Assembly (NCBI GenBank): GCA_031411295.1
Contig: JANOAV010000187.1
Location: forward strand, 32,001 to 96,000
Direction of reading: 5' to 3'
Length of the DNA stretch: 64,000 bases
Source of the DNA: Verrucomicrobiales bacterium
GTDB taxonomy: Bacteria > Verrucomicrobiota > Verrucomicrobiia > Verrucomicrobiales > V1-33
Part shown: positions 28,941-36,926 of the stretch, in pieces
Position numbering within the stretch: position 1 is the first letter of the stretch
Layout of the letters: each line of letters starts with the position of its first letter
Translations under genes and position numbers: made by a program
The notes under the pieces: model-generated
What the model saw: only the letters and a program-made list of their open reading frames with translations
Databases searched by the model: none
What the model was told of the DNA's origin: nothing

Positions 28941-29471
28941 ATGATGCGTGCCCCTCGACTTGTTCCGATTCTTGCCTCCACCTGCGTGATTCTTGCAGCA
29001 GTTTGTATTTGGGCTATCTGGAAGCAACCGTTTATCGAATTGGCAGGTTTTGGCAGCAATACGCTTGATGGTTTTGCTTGGGAGGATACGCCAGCCGATG
29101 CGGACCGCTCGGCCTGCTTTAAACTAACCTATGCCTTGATCGCGACTGCCGTGGCCTGCTGGTTGCCTGGTTGGCTCAAACTGGTGGCCGCCGCCAGCGT
29201 GGGATATGCCGGGTGGATCTATTACCAATGTTTGGAGCCACACCTCCAGACGCTCGAGAAGATGAAAGCCATGGCGGCAGAGGGTGGAGCCGAATCCGAG
29301 GCCTTGGTGAAAACTGCCATCGACGGCATCAAGCCATTATCTGGAGCCTACACTTCCGGTGGGGCACTGGTCCTGCTCTGCCTACTGGTGCTCCTGCAAC
29401 TCGTGCTGCTGAAGAAAGATTCAACGCGACTTACGCTCGGAAGCATCGGTCAACAGCGAGTGCTGTTTTAG
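28941..29471 (+). CDS. Small multi-pass membrane protein
   Basis: Three to four hydrophobic helices. Starts 4 bp after the ABC gene. Confidence 0.75.
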   Translation: MMRAPRLVPILASTCVILAAVCIWAIWKQPFIELAGFGSNTLDGFAWEDTPADADRSACFKLTYALIATAVACWLPGWLKLVAAASVGYAGWIYYQCLEPHLQTLEKMKAMAAEGGAESEALVKTAIDGIKPLSGAYTSGGALVLLCLLVLLQLVLLKKDSTRLTLGSIGQQRVLF

Positions 29472-29562
29472 GTTTGCGGGTTAAATTTCATCGGTCCAAA
29501 AAAATAATTTCAATTGGGTGTAACCCGCTTTTACGATTTTGCCAATACAACTACAGAACCCC

Positions 29563-30504
29563 ATGAAAATCACCTCCATCACCTCCCTCCTTACATGCTG
29601 CGCCCTGCTCCTCGGCGGAGTCGGACGGTCGCACGCGCAAGAAGATATCTCTCCCCAAGTCAAAGAAGCCTTGGAGGGATCGGAAAAAGGCGTTGATCCA
29701 ACCGCCAAAACCAACAACAAGGAAGCCGCGAAAAAAGGGGACGGTAATTGTGACGGGGTTGATCCAGATGATATTGCTCCGCAAAACGTTTATGCCAAGT
29801 TCGAGTCCTTGGACTTGGTCCTTGAGAAGAGCAAGAAAATCGACTGGAAAGCCATCTATGAGAAGACCGTTGGAGATGTGGACAGCTCGAAATTTAAAGA
29901 CGTCAAGTCGGACGTGCCATTTCTCATGGGCGTGCGGATGGCGGATGGTTTATTTTCCGTCAAGATTCGGAGCAAGGAAGAATTAAATAAGTGTGCTGAT
30001 GATATCCGGGATTTCGCCCGCAAGTTGGGGGTGGCGGAAAAGGATCTGAGTGATGCCGAAGAAGCGCGCCAGTGGGCCGTAAAAGGCCAATGGATGCAGG
30101 TGGTGGCCAATCTGGGATTCATTCAAATGCGTGTCATTCAACAAATGAAAAGCGCGAAAGCCACCGCCGATCAGCGGCGGTTGATCCTTCTGGGCGGCTG
30201 GATTGAAGGGGCTCGGATTGCTGCCAATGGGGTGCTTACAGCCAAATCTTCCACCAACCTTGACTGGGACCCATCTTATTCCCTGCGTGATCCCTTGCTG
30301 GTCTGTGCCCTCATCAAAATGTTAGATCAACTCGGTCCAGAAGCGGCTAAATCTGCGCCCGTCGTGCTGATGAAAAAGCATCTTCCCCGGGTAAAACAAA
30401 TTGTCGATATTTCCATAGATCCTAAAAAGGGCAAGATCCCGGCCGAGCAGATCGAGGAATTAGTCAAGATGGCCACAGAAGTTCTACAGTCCGCCGTGAA
30501 GTAA
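29563..30504 (+). CDS. Periplasmic alpha-helical protein (paralog of 30571-31881)
   Basis: Cleavable signal ...GRSHA/QED. Shares a ~240-aa domain with the next gene. Confidence 0.8.
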   Translation: MKITSITSLLTCCALLLGGVGRSHAQEDISPQVKEALEGSEKGVDPTAKTNNKEAAKKGDGNCDGVDPDDIAPQNVYAKFESLDLVLEKSKKIDWKAIYEKTVGDVDSSKFKDVKSDVPFLMGVRMADGLFSVKIRSKEELNKCADDIRDFARKLGVAEKDLSDAEEARQWAVKGQWMQVVANLGFIQMRVIQQMKSAKATADQRRLILLGGWIEGARIAANGVLTAKSSTNLDWDPSYSLRDPLLVCALIKMLDQLGPEAAKSAPVVLMKKHLPRVKQIVDISIDPKKGKIPAEQIEELVKMATEVLQSAVK

Positions 30505-30570
30505 CATTTATGTGTAGCCCTTTGCATTCATTCTAGACAAACCACCGAGAACAGCCTTAATTACCAAACC

Positions 30571-31881
30571 ATGAAGTCCCCATCCCAGCGAGTTCCTTTC
30601 AAGTTAGCGCAACTATTCGCGCGGCAGTCCGACACTCGGCATGGTAATTCAATGACGTATTTGGCGCTGTGTGGTATCGTGAGCTTGTTTACGGCGTGTT
30701 CTCCTCCTGAGGCGAAGCCAGCGGCCCCTGCTCCGGCCAAGGAAAGTCCAGTGGCAGCGGCCCCAGAGGAGAAATCGGCCGTTCCAACGCCGCCACCCAC
30801 TGAGCCGAAAGCGCCGGAGCCAACGCCTGTCGTGGCCGCCGCAGAACCTGCCGCACCAACGCCTCCTCCAGCTCCGATCGAGCAAGTGCAAAAGCCTGCT
30901 GAAGTGGCACCCGCACCAACCCCTGCTCCGGCACCAACTCCAGAAGAACAAACCGCTCCACCCAAGCCCAAGATCGTCGAGGAAAACCAGCCCTCCGATA
31001 AAGAAACGGGTCTGCCACTTCCGCCGCCCACCTCCTCAGACCCCAATGGTTCCAAGCAGCCTGCGGACGCCCCGCAGGCAGCGACCCACAACATTGCCCC
31101 CGCCGGTAGCAACGGGAAAGGGATGGAGATCAACCCAGACCAGGTGGCTCCGCAGAACGTCTATGCTAAGTTCCAGTCGTTGGATGCGGTGCTGCAAAAT
31201 GCCAAGATTGATTGGCAAGCCGTTTACGATCAGACGGTGCAGGACGTGGACAGCAACGCCTATAAAAACATTCGGGCCAGCGTGCCCTTTCTCATGGGAA
31301 TGCGGATGGCGGACGGGTTGTTCTCCGTCAAAATAAAAAACAAAGAGGAACTGAACAAATGCGCCGATGACATCCGCGATTTTGCTCGTAAGCTAGGAGT
31401 GGATGAATCAAATCTCCGTGATGCCGAGGAAGCCCGGCAATGGGCTGTCAAAGGACAGTGGATGCAAGTCGTAGCCAATCTTGGATTCATCCAGATGCGC
31501 GTCATTCAACAAATGAAAAGTGCCAAGGCCACCGAGGACCAGCGTCGCCTGATTCTCTTGGGAGGCTGGATTGAAGGCGCGCGGATCGCTACTCGAGGGA
31601 TCCTTTCCTCCAAGCCACCAGCCAATGTCGAATGGGATCCGTCCTATTCCCTGCGGGATCCGCTACTCGTCAATGCGCTCATCAAAATGCTCGGCCAGTT
31701 GGGACCGGAAGCCAGCCAGACCCCGCAGGTCAAGCTCATGGTGAAGTATCTCCCCAGAGTTCAGAAAATCGTCGACATCAACATTGACCCCAAGAAGGGC
31801 AAAATCAGCCGCCAAGACATGGAAGAACTTTTGAAGATTGCCAACGAGGTCGTAACCGCCGCAGTTGATTTTAAATCCTAA
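30571..31881 (+). CDS. Lipoprotein with Pro/Ala-rich tether and the same helical domain
   Basis: Lipobox LFTAC, PA-rich linker, then the APQNVYAKF...GGWIEGARIA domain. Alternative start at 30652. Confidence 0.8.
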   Translation: MKSPSQRVPFKLAQLFARQSDTRHGNSMTYLALCGIVSLFTACSPPEAKPAAPAPAKESPVAAAPEEKSAVPTPPPTEPKAPEPTPVVAAAEPAAPTPPPAPIEQVQKPAEVAPAPTPAPAPTPEEQTAPPKPKIVEENQPSDKETGLPLPPPTSSDPNGSKQPADAPQAATHNIAPAGSNGKGMEINPDQVAPQNVYAKFQSLDAVLQNAKIDWQAVYDQTVQDVDSNAYKNIRASVPFLMGMRMADGLFSVKIKNKEELNKCADDIRDFARKLGVDESNLRDAEEARQWAVKGQWMQVVANLGFIQMRVIQQMKSAKATEDQRRLILLGGWIEGARIATRGILSSKPPANVEWDPSYSLRDPLLVNALIKMLGQLGPEASQTPQVKLMVKYLPRVQKIVDINIDPKKGKISRQDMEELLKIANEVVTAAVDFKS

Positions 31882-31964
31882 ATTTTGCATTACCCCACCG
31901 AATCCGTGCCTGCTAGTTTGTTAAGCTGCAGGTTTCACTAACACAAACACAAACACAACACAAA

Positions 31965-32438
31965 ATGAAAACCAGAAGAGCAATAATTGGTGTCCTCACC
32001 GTCATGATCCACGCTTTGCAAATGACCGGCCTCCAAGCCAGTCCTGCCCAAGCCGAATCCATCGCGCGGACTATGACCCGTAAATTGGTGGCCGACGGAT
32101 ATGCCGTCACCCCAATCGCCTTCGACACCCTGGGCAGCGGCCAGACCGCCACGCACTATCTGCGCGTTGAGCCCGGCGTGGACTATGCCGTCACCATTGG
32201 CGGGGATACCGAAGCCCTGAACCTCGACCTCGTGATCTATGACGAATTCGGCCAGGAAGTGATCCGTGACTACCGCTTGAGCCAACTTGCGGGAGCCACT
32301 TTCCGTTCCACCTACGCCGGCCAAGTCAAGGTCATCGTCATCATGAAGCAAGCTCGCACTCTGGGTTCCTACTGCCTGCTCCAATCCTCCCGCACAGGTC
32401 TGCGTCTCCCGATGCCCGCCCCATCCGCTCCAAACTGA
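31965..32438 (+). CDS. Small secreted protein with PPC-like beta-sandwich
   Basis: Signal peptide. NLDLVIYDEFGQEV fits the DxDLxxYDxxG pattern of PPC-like domains. Confidence 0.65.
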   Translation: MKTRRAIIGVLTVMIHALQMTGLQASPAQAESIARTMTRKLVADGYAVTPIAFDTLGSGQTATHYLRVEPGVDYAVTIGGDTEALNLDLVIYDEFGQEVIRDYRLSQLAGATFRSTYAGQVKVIVIMKQARTLGSYCLLQSSRTGLRLPMPAPSAPN

Positions 32439-32472
32439 GTTTTAAGATTCCCTAACCTAATCTAGCATAACC

Positions 32473-32628
32473 ATGAAAATTATCTTAGCCTTAGCCCTTA
32501 CGTTGCTCGGAGTAAGTTGCACGACCTATGAAGTGCGGCCGACCCGCCACGTCTATCATAGCAGTGGCTCCGGTGTTTCCGTTTCCACTTCTCCGGAGTC
32601 CTTTGACCATGTGGGCGGTATTCGTTAA
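32473..32628 (+). CDS. 51-aa micro-lipoprotein 1
   Basis: Manual translation: MKIILALALTLLGVSCTTYEVRPTRHVYHSSGSGVSVSTSPESFDHVGGIR*. Confidence 0.85.
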   Translation: MKIILALALTLLGVSCTTYEVRPTRHVYHSSGSGVSVSTSPESFDHVGGIR

Positions 32629-32660
32629 TCCTGTAGTATAACCACTCAACCAAAAGAAAA

Positions 32661-32828
32661 ATGAAACACATCCTCCTACTTGCCTTTGCCTGCTTGGCGA
32701 CGGGCCTGTCCAGTTGCGAAACTGTCGTCGTTCAGCCGGTGAAGCATCACACCACGAAGCGTTACTCTTCCGGTGCTTCCGTGAGCCACTCACCTGAATC
32801 CTTCGACCACGTTCCAGGAATCCGGTAA
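32661..32828 (+). CDS. 55-aa micro-lipoprotein 2 (paralog of 1)
   Basis: Manual translation: MKHILLLAFACLATGLSSCETVVVQPVKHHTTKRYSSGASVSHSPESFDHVPGIR*. Confidence 0.85.
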   Translation: MKHILLLAFACLATGLSSCETVVVQPVKHHTTKRYSSGASVSHSPESFDHVPGIR

Positions 32829-32865
32829 TATTCGTTAGCTGCGTGCAGCGCAGTTAAATCCCAGG

Positions 32866-32902
32866 AAGCGGCCTCCAGCAATGGAGGTCGCTTTTTTTTT
32901 TT
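32866..32902 (+). terminator. Rho-independent terminator closing the envelope locus
   Basis: AGCGGCCTCCA-GCAA-TGGAGGTCGCT hairpin followed by a long T run. Confidence 0.85.
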
Positions 32903-32970
32903 GGCCACGCGGGTCTGGAGGCAAACGTTCTCCCTTGTCCGATTCCCCACGTCGTGCTAAAGAAGCGCCC

Positions 32971-34056
32971 ATGCGAAATCCCCTTTCCCTTGTTGCCTTC
33001 AGTGTCGCCAGTTTGAGTGTTGCTCTTTCAGGCTGTAAATCCATGCCCTCCTTTCATTTGCCGAAGTTCTCGTTCGGAAAAAAGGGGGCCGAAGGTGCTG
33101 AGGACGAAAAGGACCGCAGCAAGCGTGAAACGGCAGAGAGCGCCTTTCTGGAAGTCTGCAAAAAGCTTGGAGCTGAGGGAGATGCGGTGACCGGCCGCGA
33201 TGGATACTTCTTCAGTGGCAACGAAATTAAGCGCCTGGGAGCCACCCCGGAAGTCGGTTCTGGTAATTTCTCCGCGGCGGTGAATGCTATTGCCGATTAT
33301 CGTCGGCAGTTGAAGCAAAATGGCACAGAGTTAATCGTGGCGGTGGTGCCACCGAAGGGCTTGATCATGGCTGAAAAAGTCTCCAAGGAAGCCAAGGTGC
33401 CAATGAAGAGCGGCCGCCCAGTGGCACTCGATAGCTATTATGCGGCCGCGGCGGAAGCGCTTTCCAAGAAAGGTGTCAAAGTCGTCTATCTCAACGATGC
33501 TTTTTTGAAACAGCGCACGGGTAAAACCGGAGATCTTTTCGCCAAAGGCACCGCTCAATTCACCCCCGCTGGAAGCAAATTGATCGCCACCGAAATCGCC
33601 AGTGCCGCCAGCCTCAGCAAGGGCGAAGCGGGCTTGGTGGCAAAGGACGCCACCATCGAAGCGGGCAATGAACTCGGCGGCAAAGCTGAGAAATTGCCAG
33701 CGCGCCAGATTTTCAAATCCGACGGAACCACGGCCCTTTCCCTGCCGGACTCTGGGGGCACGGTGCTGGTCATGGCGGATCAAAGCGTCAATCTGTGGAA
33801 GAGTGATCACGCCAGTGTGGCCGAGCAACTGAGTTACGAATTGCAGCGTCCGGTCAGCGTCATGAGTGGATCCTCCGCCCGGAACGAGCAGCGGCTCAAA
33901 ATCATGCGTCAGGGCACCACGGCCAAGAGTCCGTTGGCCAATACCAAGTTGGTGGTATGGCTTTTCAACGCCTTGGATCTGTCCAGCGGAGACTGGGATG
34001 TCGTTCCGCTCAAACTCGAATTTAAGACGGCAGAGCCTAATCTGCGCATTAACTAA
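32971..34056 (+). CDS. AlgX/AlgJ-like SGNH-fold lipoprotein, catalytic motifs degenerate
   Basis: Lipobox LSGC. GRDGYFF and VVPPK as in the ALGX family. The DxHW position reads TAQF and the GDS position reads ADQS. Confidence 0.7.
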   Translation: MRNPLSLVAFSVASLSVALSGCKSMPSFHLPKFSFGKKGAEGAEDEKDRSKRETAESAFLEVCKKLGAEGDAVTGRDGYFFSGNEIKRLGATPEVGSGNFSAAVNAIADYRRQLKQNGTELIVAVVPPKGLIMAEKVSKEAKVPMKSGRPVALDSYYAAAAEALSKKGVKVVYLNDAFLKQRTGKTGDLFAKGTAQFTPAGSKLIATEIASAASLSKGEAGLVAKDATIEAGNELGGKAEKLPARQIFKSDGTTALSLPDSGGTVLVMADQSVNLWKSDHASVAEQLSYELQRPVSVMSGSSARNEQRLKIMRQGTTAKSPLANTKLVVWLFNALDLSSGDWDVVPLKLEFKTAEPNLRIN

Positions 34057-34096
34057 CTTCCTCAAACTATTCACACCTAACCACAAAAAAAATCAG

Positions 34097-34903
34097 ATGC
34101 CTAAAGTAAAATTAAAGACCGGAATTGAAATGGCCTACACCGAAGTAGGCAGCGGGGAACCCGTGATCTGTATCATGGGAGTGACCGCCCCTGGAGTTGT
34201 CTGGGAAGCCCATGCCGCCGCCTGGAGCAAGGAGTTCCGCTGCATCCTGGGAGACAATCGCGGGGTGGGGGACACGGACAAGCCCGCTGGCCCCTACACC
34301 ACCGCAATGATGGCTGATGACTATGCCGCCCTGATGGACGAGCTGGGCATCAAGCAAGCCCGGGTTGTGGGGTGTTCGCTGGGTAGCGTGATTGCGCAGC
34401 AACTCTGCCTGCGCCATCCTGAGAAGGTAAAAAGTGTCATCTTGATGTGCACTTGGGCTCGGCAGGATCGGTTTGGCTTAACCACTTGGGAGCACATGAT
34501 GAAGTGCAAAGAACACTTCAGCGCAGGGGATTTCATGCATTACGTCCACATGCTCATTTTCACCAAGCCATGGTTCGATAATGATGACTGCTGGAAGGCG
34601 ATTCAGGAAGGCAACGCCTCTGCGGGGGATAACCCCAATCCGCAACCCGTCCACGCCATGCACGCGCAGGCCGCCGCTGCGATGACTCACAATACCTTGG
34701 ATCAGTTGAAAGACGTGAAATGCCCAGCCCTCGTGATTGGCGGCAAAAACGATGTGTTCACGCCGCGCTGGATGGGAGAGGAAACCGCCGCTGCCATCCC
34801 TGGTGCAGAGTTGCACCTTTACGATGACGCGGGTCACGCCTTCCACTGGGAATGTCTCGAGGACTTCAATCCCCGGACCACCGCTTGGCTAAAAACACAC
34901 TAA
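34097..34903 (+). CDS. Alpha/beta hydrolase
   Basis: DNRGVG, nucleophile elbow GCSLG, Asp in GKND and His in AGH. Confidence 0.9.
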   Translation: MPKVKLKTGIEMAYTEVGSGEPVICIMGVTAPGVVWEAHAAAWSKEFRCILGDNRGVGDTDKPAGPYTTAMMADDYAALMDELGIKQARVVGCSLGSVIAQQLCLRHPEKVKSVILMCTWARQDRFGLTTWEHMMKCKEHFSAGDFMHYVHMLIFTKPWFDNDDCWKAIQEGNASAGDNPNPQPVHAMHAQAAAAMTHNTLDQLKDVKCPALVIGGKNDVFTPRWMGEETAAAIPGAELHLYDDAGHAFHWECLEDFNPRTTAWLKTH

Positions 34904-34929
34904 GCCTCTTAACCATATCTTCATTTTAA

Positions 34930-34959
34930 GCCGCATGGGAATTCCCATGCGGCGTTTTT
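34930..34959 (+). terminator. Palindromic terminator
   Basis: Perfect 24-bp palindrome GCCGCATGGGAATTCCCATGCGGC followed by TTTTT. Confidence 0.7.
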
Positions 34960-34964
34960 AGTAT

Positions 34965-34994
34965 TTGCAGAAAACCGCAAATACATTGTATGTT
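34965..34994 (+). promoter_or_regulatory. Candidate sigma70 promoter for the response regulator
   Basis: TTGCAG-N18-TATGTT upstream of ATG 35029. Confidence 0.35.
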
Positions 34995-35028
34995 AACCGA
35001 AGAATCTGTTCCCCCTCCCCAAACCAAA

Positions 35029-35730
35029 ATGAAACTCCTAATTGTTGAAGATTATGTGCCCCTGCGCACTTCAATTGCCCAACTCCTCCGCGAGAACAGT
35101 TACGTCGTGGATGACACGGGTGATGGCACGGAAGCTGTGGAATTGGCGACCAAGAATAACTACACCCTGGCGATCATCGACATCATGCTCCCGGGCACGG
35201 ATGGATTGGACGTGCTGCGAGCCATTCGCAAAGCCGAAAAATCCACCGCCGTGCTCATGATCACAGCGCGGGACTCGATTGATGATCGGGTCAAAGGACT
35301 GGATGCCGGAGCGGACGATTATTTGATCAAGCCGTTCTCGCTGGAAGAGTTGATGGCCCGGGTGCGCGCACTCCTGCGCAGAGCCAACCAAGTGCGAGAC
35401 CCCGTGATCAAGGTGGGAGACTTGGAACTGGACACCCGCCGCCGCAGCGCCCGGCGTGGCACCCATGAGTTGGATCTGACCTCCAAAGAATATAATCTAT
35501 TGGAACTCCTGATGCTGCGCACTGGGCAGATCGTGACCCGGGCGGACGTGTGGGAGCAGCTTTATGACTTTGATCAGGAAATGGAGAGCAACGTGATCGA
35601 TGTGTTTGTCGCTTACCTGCGCAAGAAAGTGGAGCGTCCGGACCTGCCCAAGCTCATCCATACCCGCCGCGGTCAGGGTTACATTCTGGAAGCGCGCAAG
35701 GAAGATGTTGCGGAGGCGGCCAGTATTTAA
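35029..35730 (+). CDS. OmpR/PhoB-family response regulator
   Basis: VED, DIMLPG, GADDYLIKPF and a winged-helix C-terminus (IHTRRGQGY). Confidence 0.93.
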   Translation: MKLLIVEDYVPLRTSIAQLLRENSYVVDDTGDGTEAVELATKNNYTLAIIDIMLPGTDGLDVLRAIRKAEKSTAVLMITARDSIDDRVKGLDAGADDYLIKPFSLEELMARVRALLRRANQVRDPVIKVGDLELDTRRRSARRGTHELDLTSKEYNLLELLMLRTGQIVTRADVWEQLYDFDQEMESNVIDVFVAYLRKKVERPDLPKLIHTRRGQGYILEARKEDVAEAASI

Positions 35731-35812
35731 GGTTCGTCGTTGGTGCCATTCTCTATTGCGTAAGCAATAGTCGTTGCCAGTCGGGGTGGTCGGGAGTGAG
35801 CATCCACCCACT

Positions 35813-36874
35813 ATGACTACCTGGTTAAAAATTGTCCTTCCTTCCGTTGCCCTGGCCGGCTTGATCCCCTTGCTGGCTGAGGTTACTACGCCCGCTGCGA
35901 AACCTGCTGCCGCGAGCGCCACCACCGCCATTGGCGATATGGCTCGTGCCGCCTTGGATTTCCTGGCTACACTAGACGATGCGCAGAAGGCGCAAGCTTC
36001 CTTTGCCATGGACAGTGCAGAGCGGGAAGATTGGCATTTCGTGCCATTTGAACGCAAAGGCCTGACGCTGAAAGAGATGCGCCCGGACCAACAGCACCTG
36101 GCCTATGGCCTGCTGCATACCGCCTTGAGTTATGACGGCTTCCGCAAGGCCACGCAAATCATGAGCCTGGAAAAAATCCTCTGGGACTTGGAGAAAGAAT
36201 CACCCAAGCGCGATGCCGCCAAATATTACGTCAGCATCTTCGGCACCCCATCGGCTACAGGCACGTGGGGCTGGCGCTTCGAAGGTCACCACATGTCGAT
36301 GAATTTCACCATCGTGGATGGCAAGAATGTTGCCATCACCCCATCGTTCCTGGGGGCTAATCCGGGCGAGGTCATGAGCGGTAATCGCAAGGGGCTGCAA
36401 GTGCTCCAACGGGAGGAGGAACTTGGTTTCGAGCTGGTCAATGCCTTGGACGAAACGCAGAAGAAGACGGCCATCATCTTGGAAAAATCCCCCGACGAGG
36501 TGATTACCAAGGACGATCATCACGTGAAGCCACTGGAGCCCACCGGCCTCAATGCGGGCCAAATGACGCCAGCACAACGCACCAAGCTGCAGGCCATCAT
36601 TGAAACATACTTCCGCCGCTTCCGCCCTGAATTGGCCGATGGTGAACTGGCCAAGGTGGCTGCGGCTGGATGGGATAAACTGAATTTTGCGTGGGCTGGA
36701 GCGACGCAAGTTGGCCAGGGCCACTACTATCGGGTGCAGAATAATACCTTCCTCATTGAATTCGATAACACCCAGAACAATGCCCACCATCCCCATGCCG
36801 TGCTGCGGGACTTTGCCAATGATTTTGGCACGGACTATTTGCAGCAGCACTTACGGGCAGAGCACGGGAAGTAA
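35813..36874 (+). CDS. DUF3500 domain secreted protein
   Basis: WGWRFEGHH, PSFLGANP, IEFDNTQ...HPHAVLRD...DFG. Confidence 0.85.
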   Translation: MTTWLKIVLPSVALAGLIPLLAEVTTPAAKPAAASATTAIGDMARAALDFLATLDDAQKAQASFAMDSAEREDWHFVPFERKGLTLKEMRPDQQHLAYGLLHTALSYDGFRKATQIMSLEKILWDLEKESPKRDAAKYYVSIFGTPSATGTWGWRFEGHHMSMNFTIVDGKNVAITPSFLGANPGEVMSGNRKGLQVLQREEELGFELVNALDETQKKTAIILEKSPDEVITKDDHHVKPLEPTGLNAGQMTPAQRTKLQAIIETYFRRFRPELADGELAKVAAAGWDKLNFAWAGATQVGQGHYYRVQNNTFLIEFDNTQNNAHHPHAVLRDFANDFGTDYLQQHLRAEHGK

Positions 36875-36926
36875 GAATTTTTCTGCAACTCCGATGGTGG
36901 CGCGTGGTTCATTCTCCACACACGCC

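Noticed and set aside
8583..32828. Type VI or type I secretion system
   Set aside because: No Hcp, VgrG, TssBC, TssM, membrane fusion protein or TolC is recognisable. The Clp ATPase in the window is canonical ClpB with an M domain.
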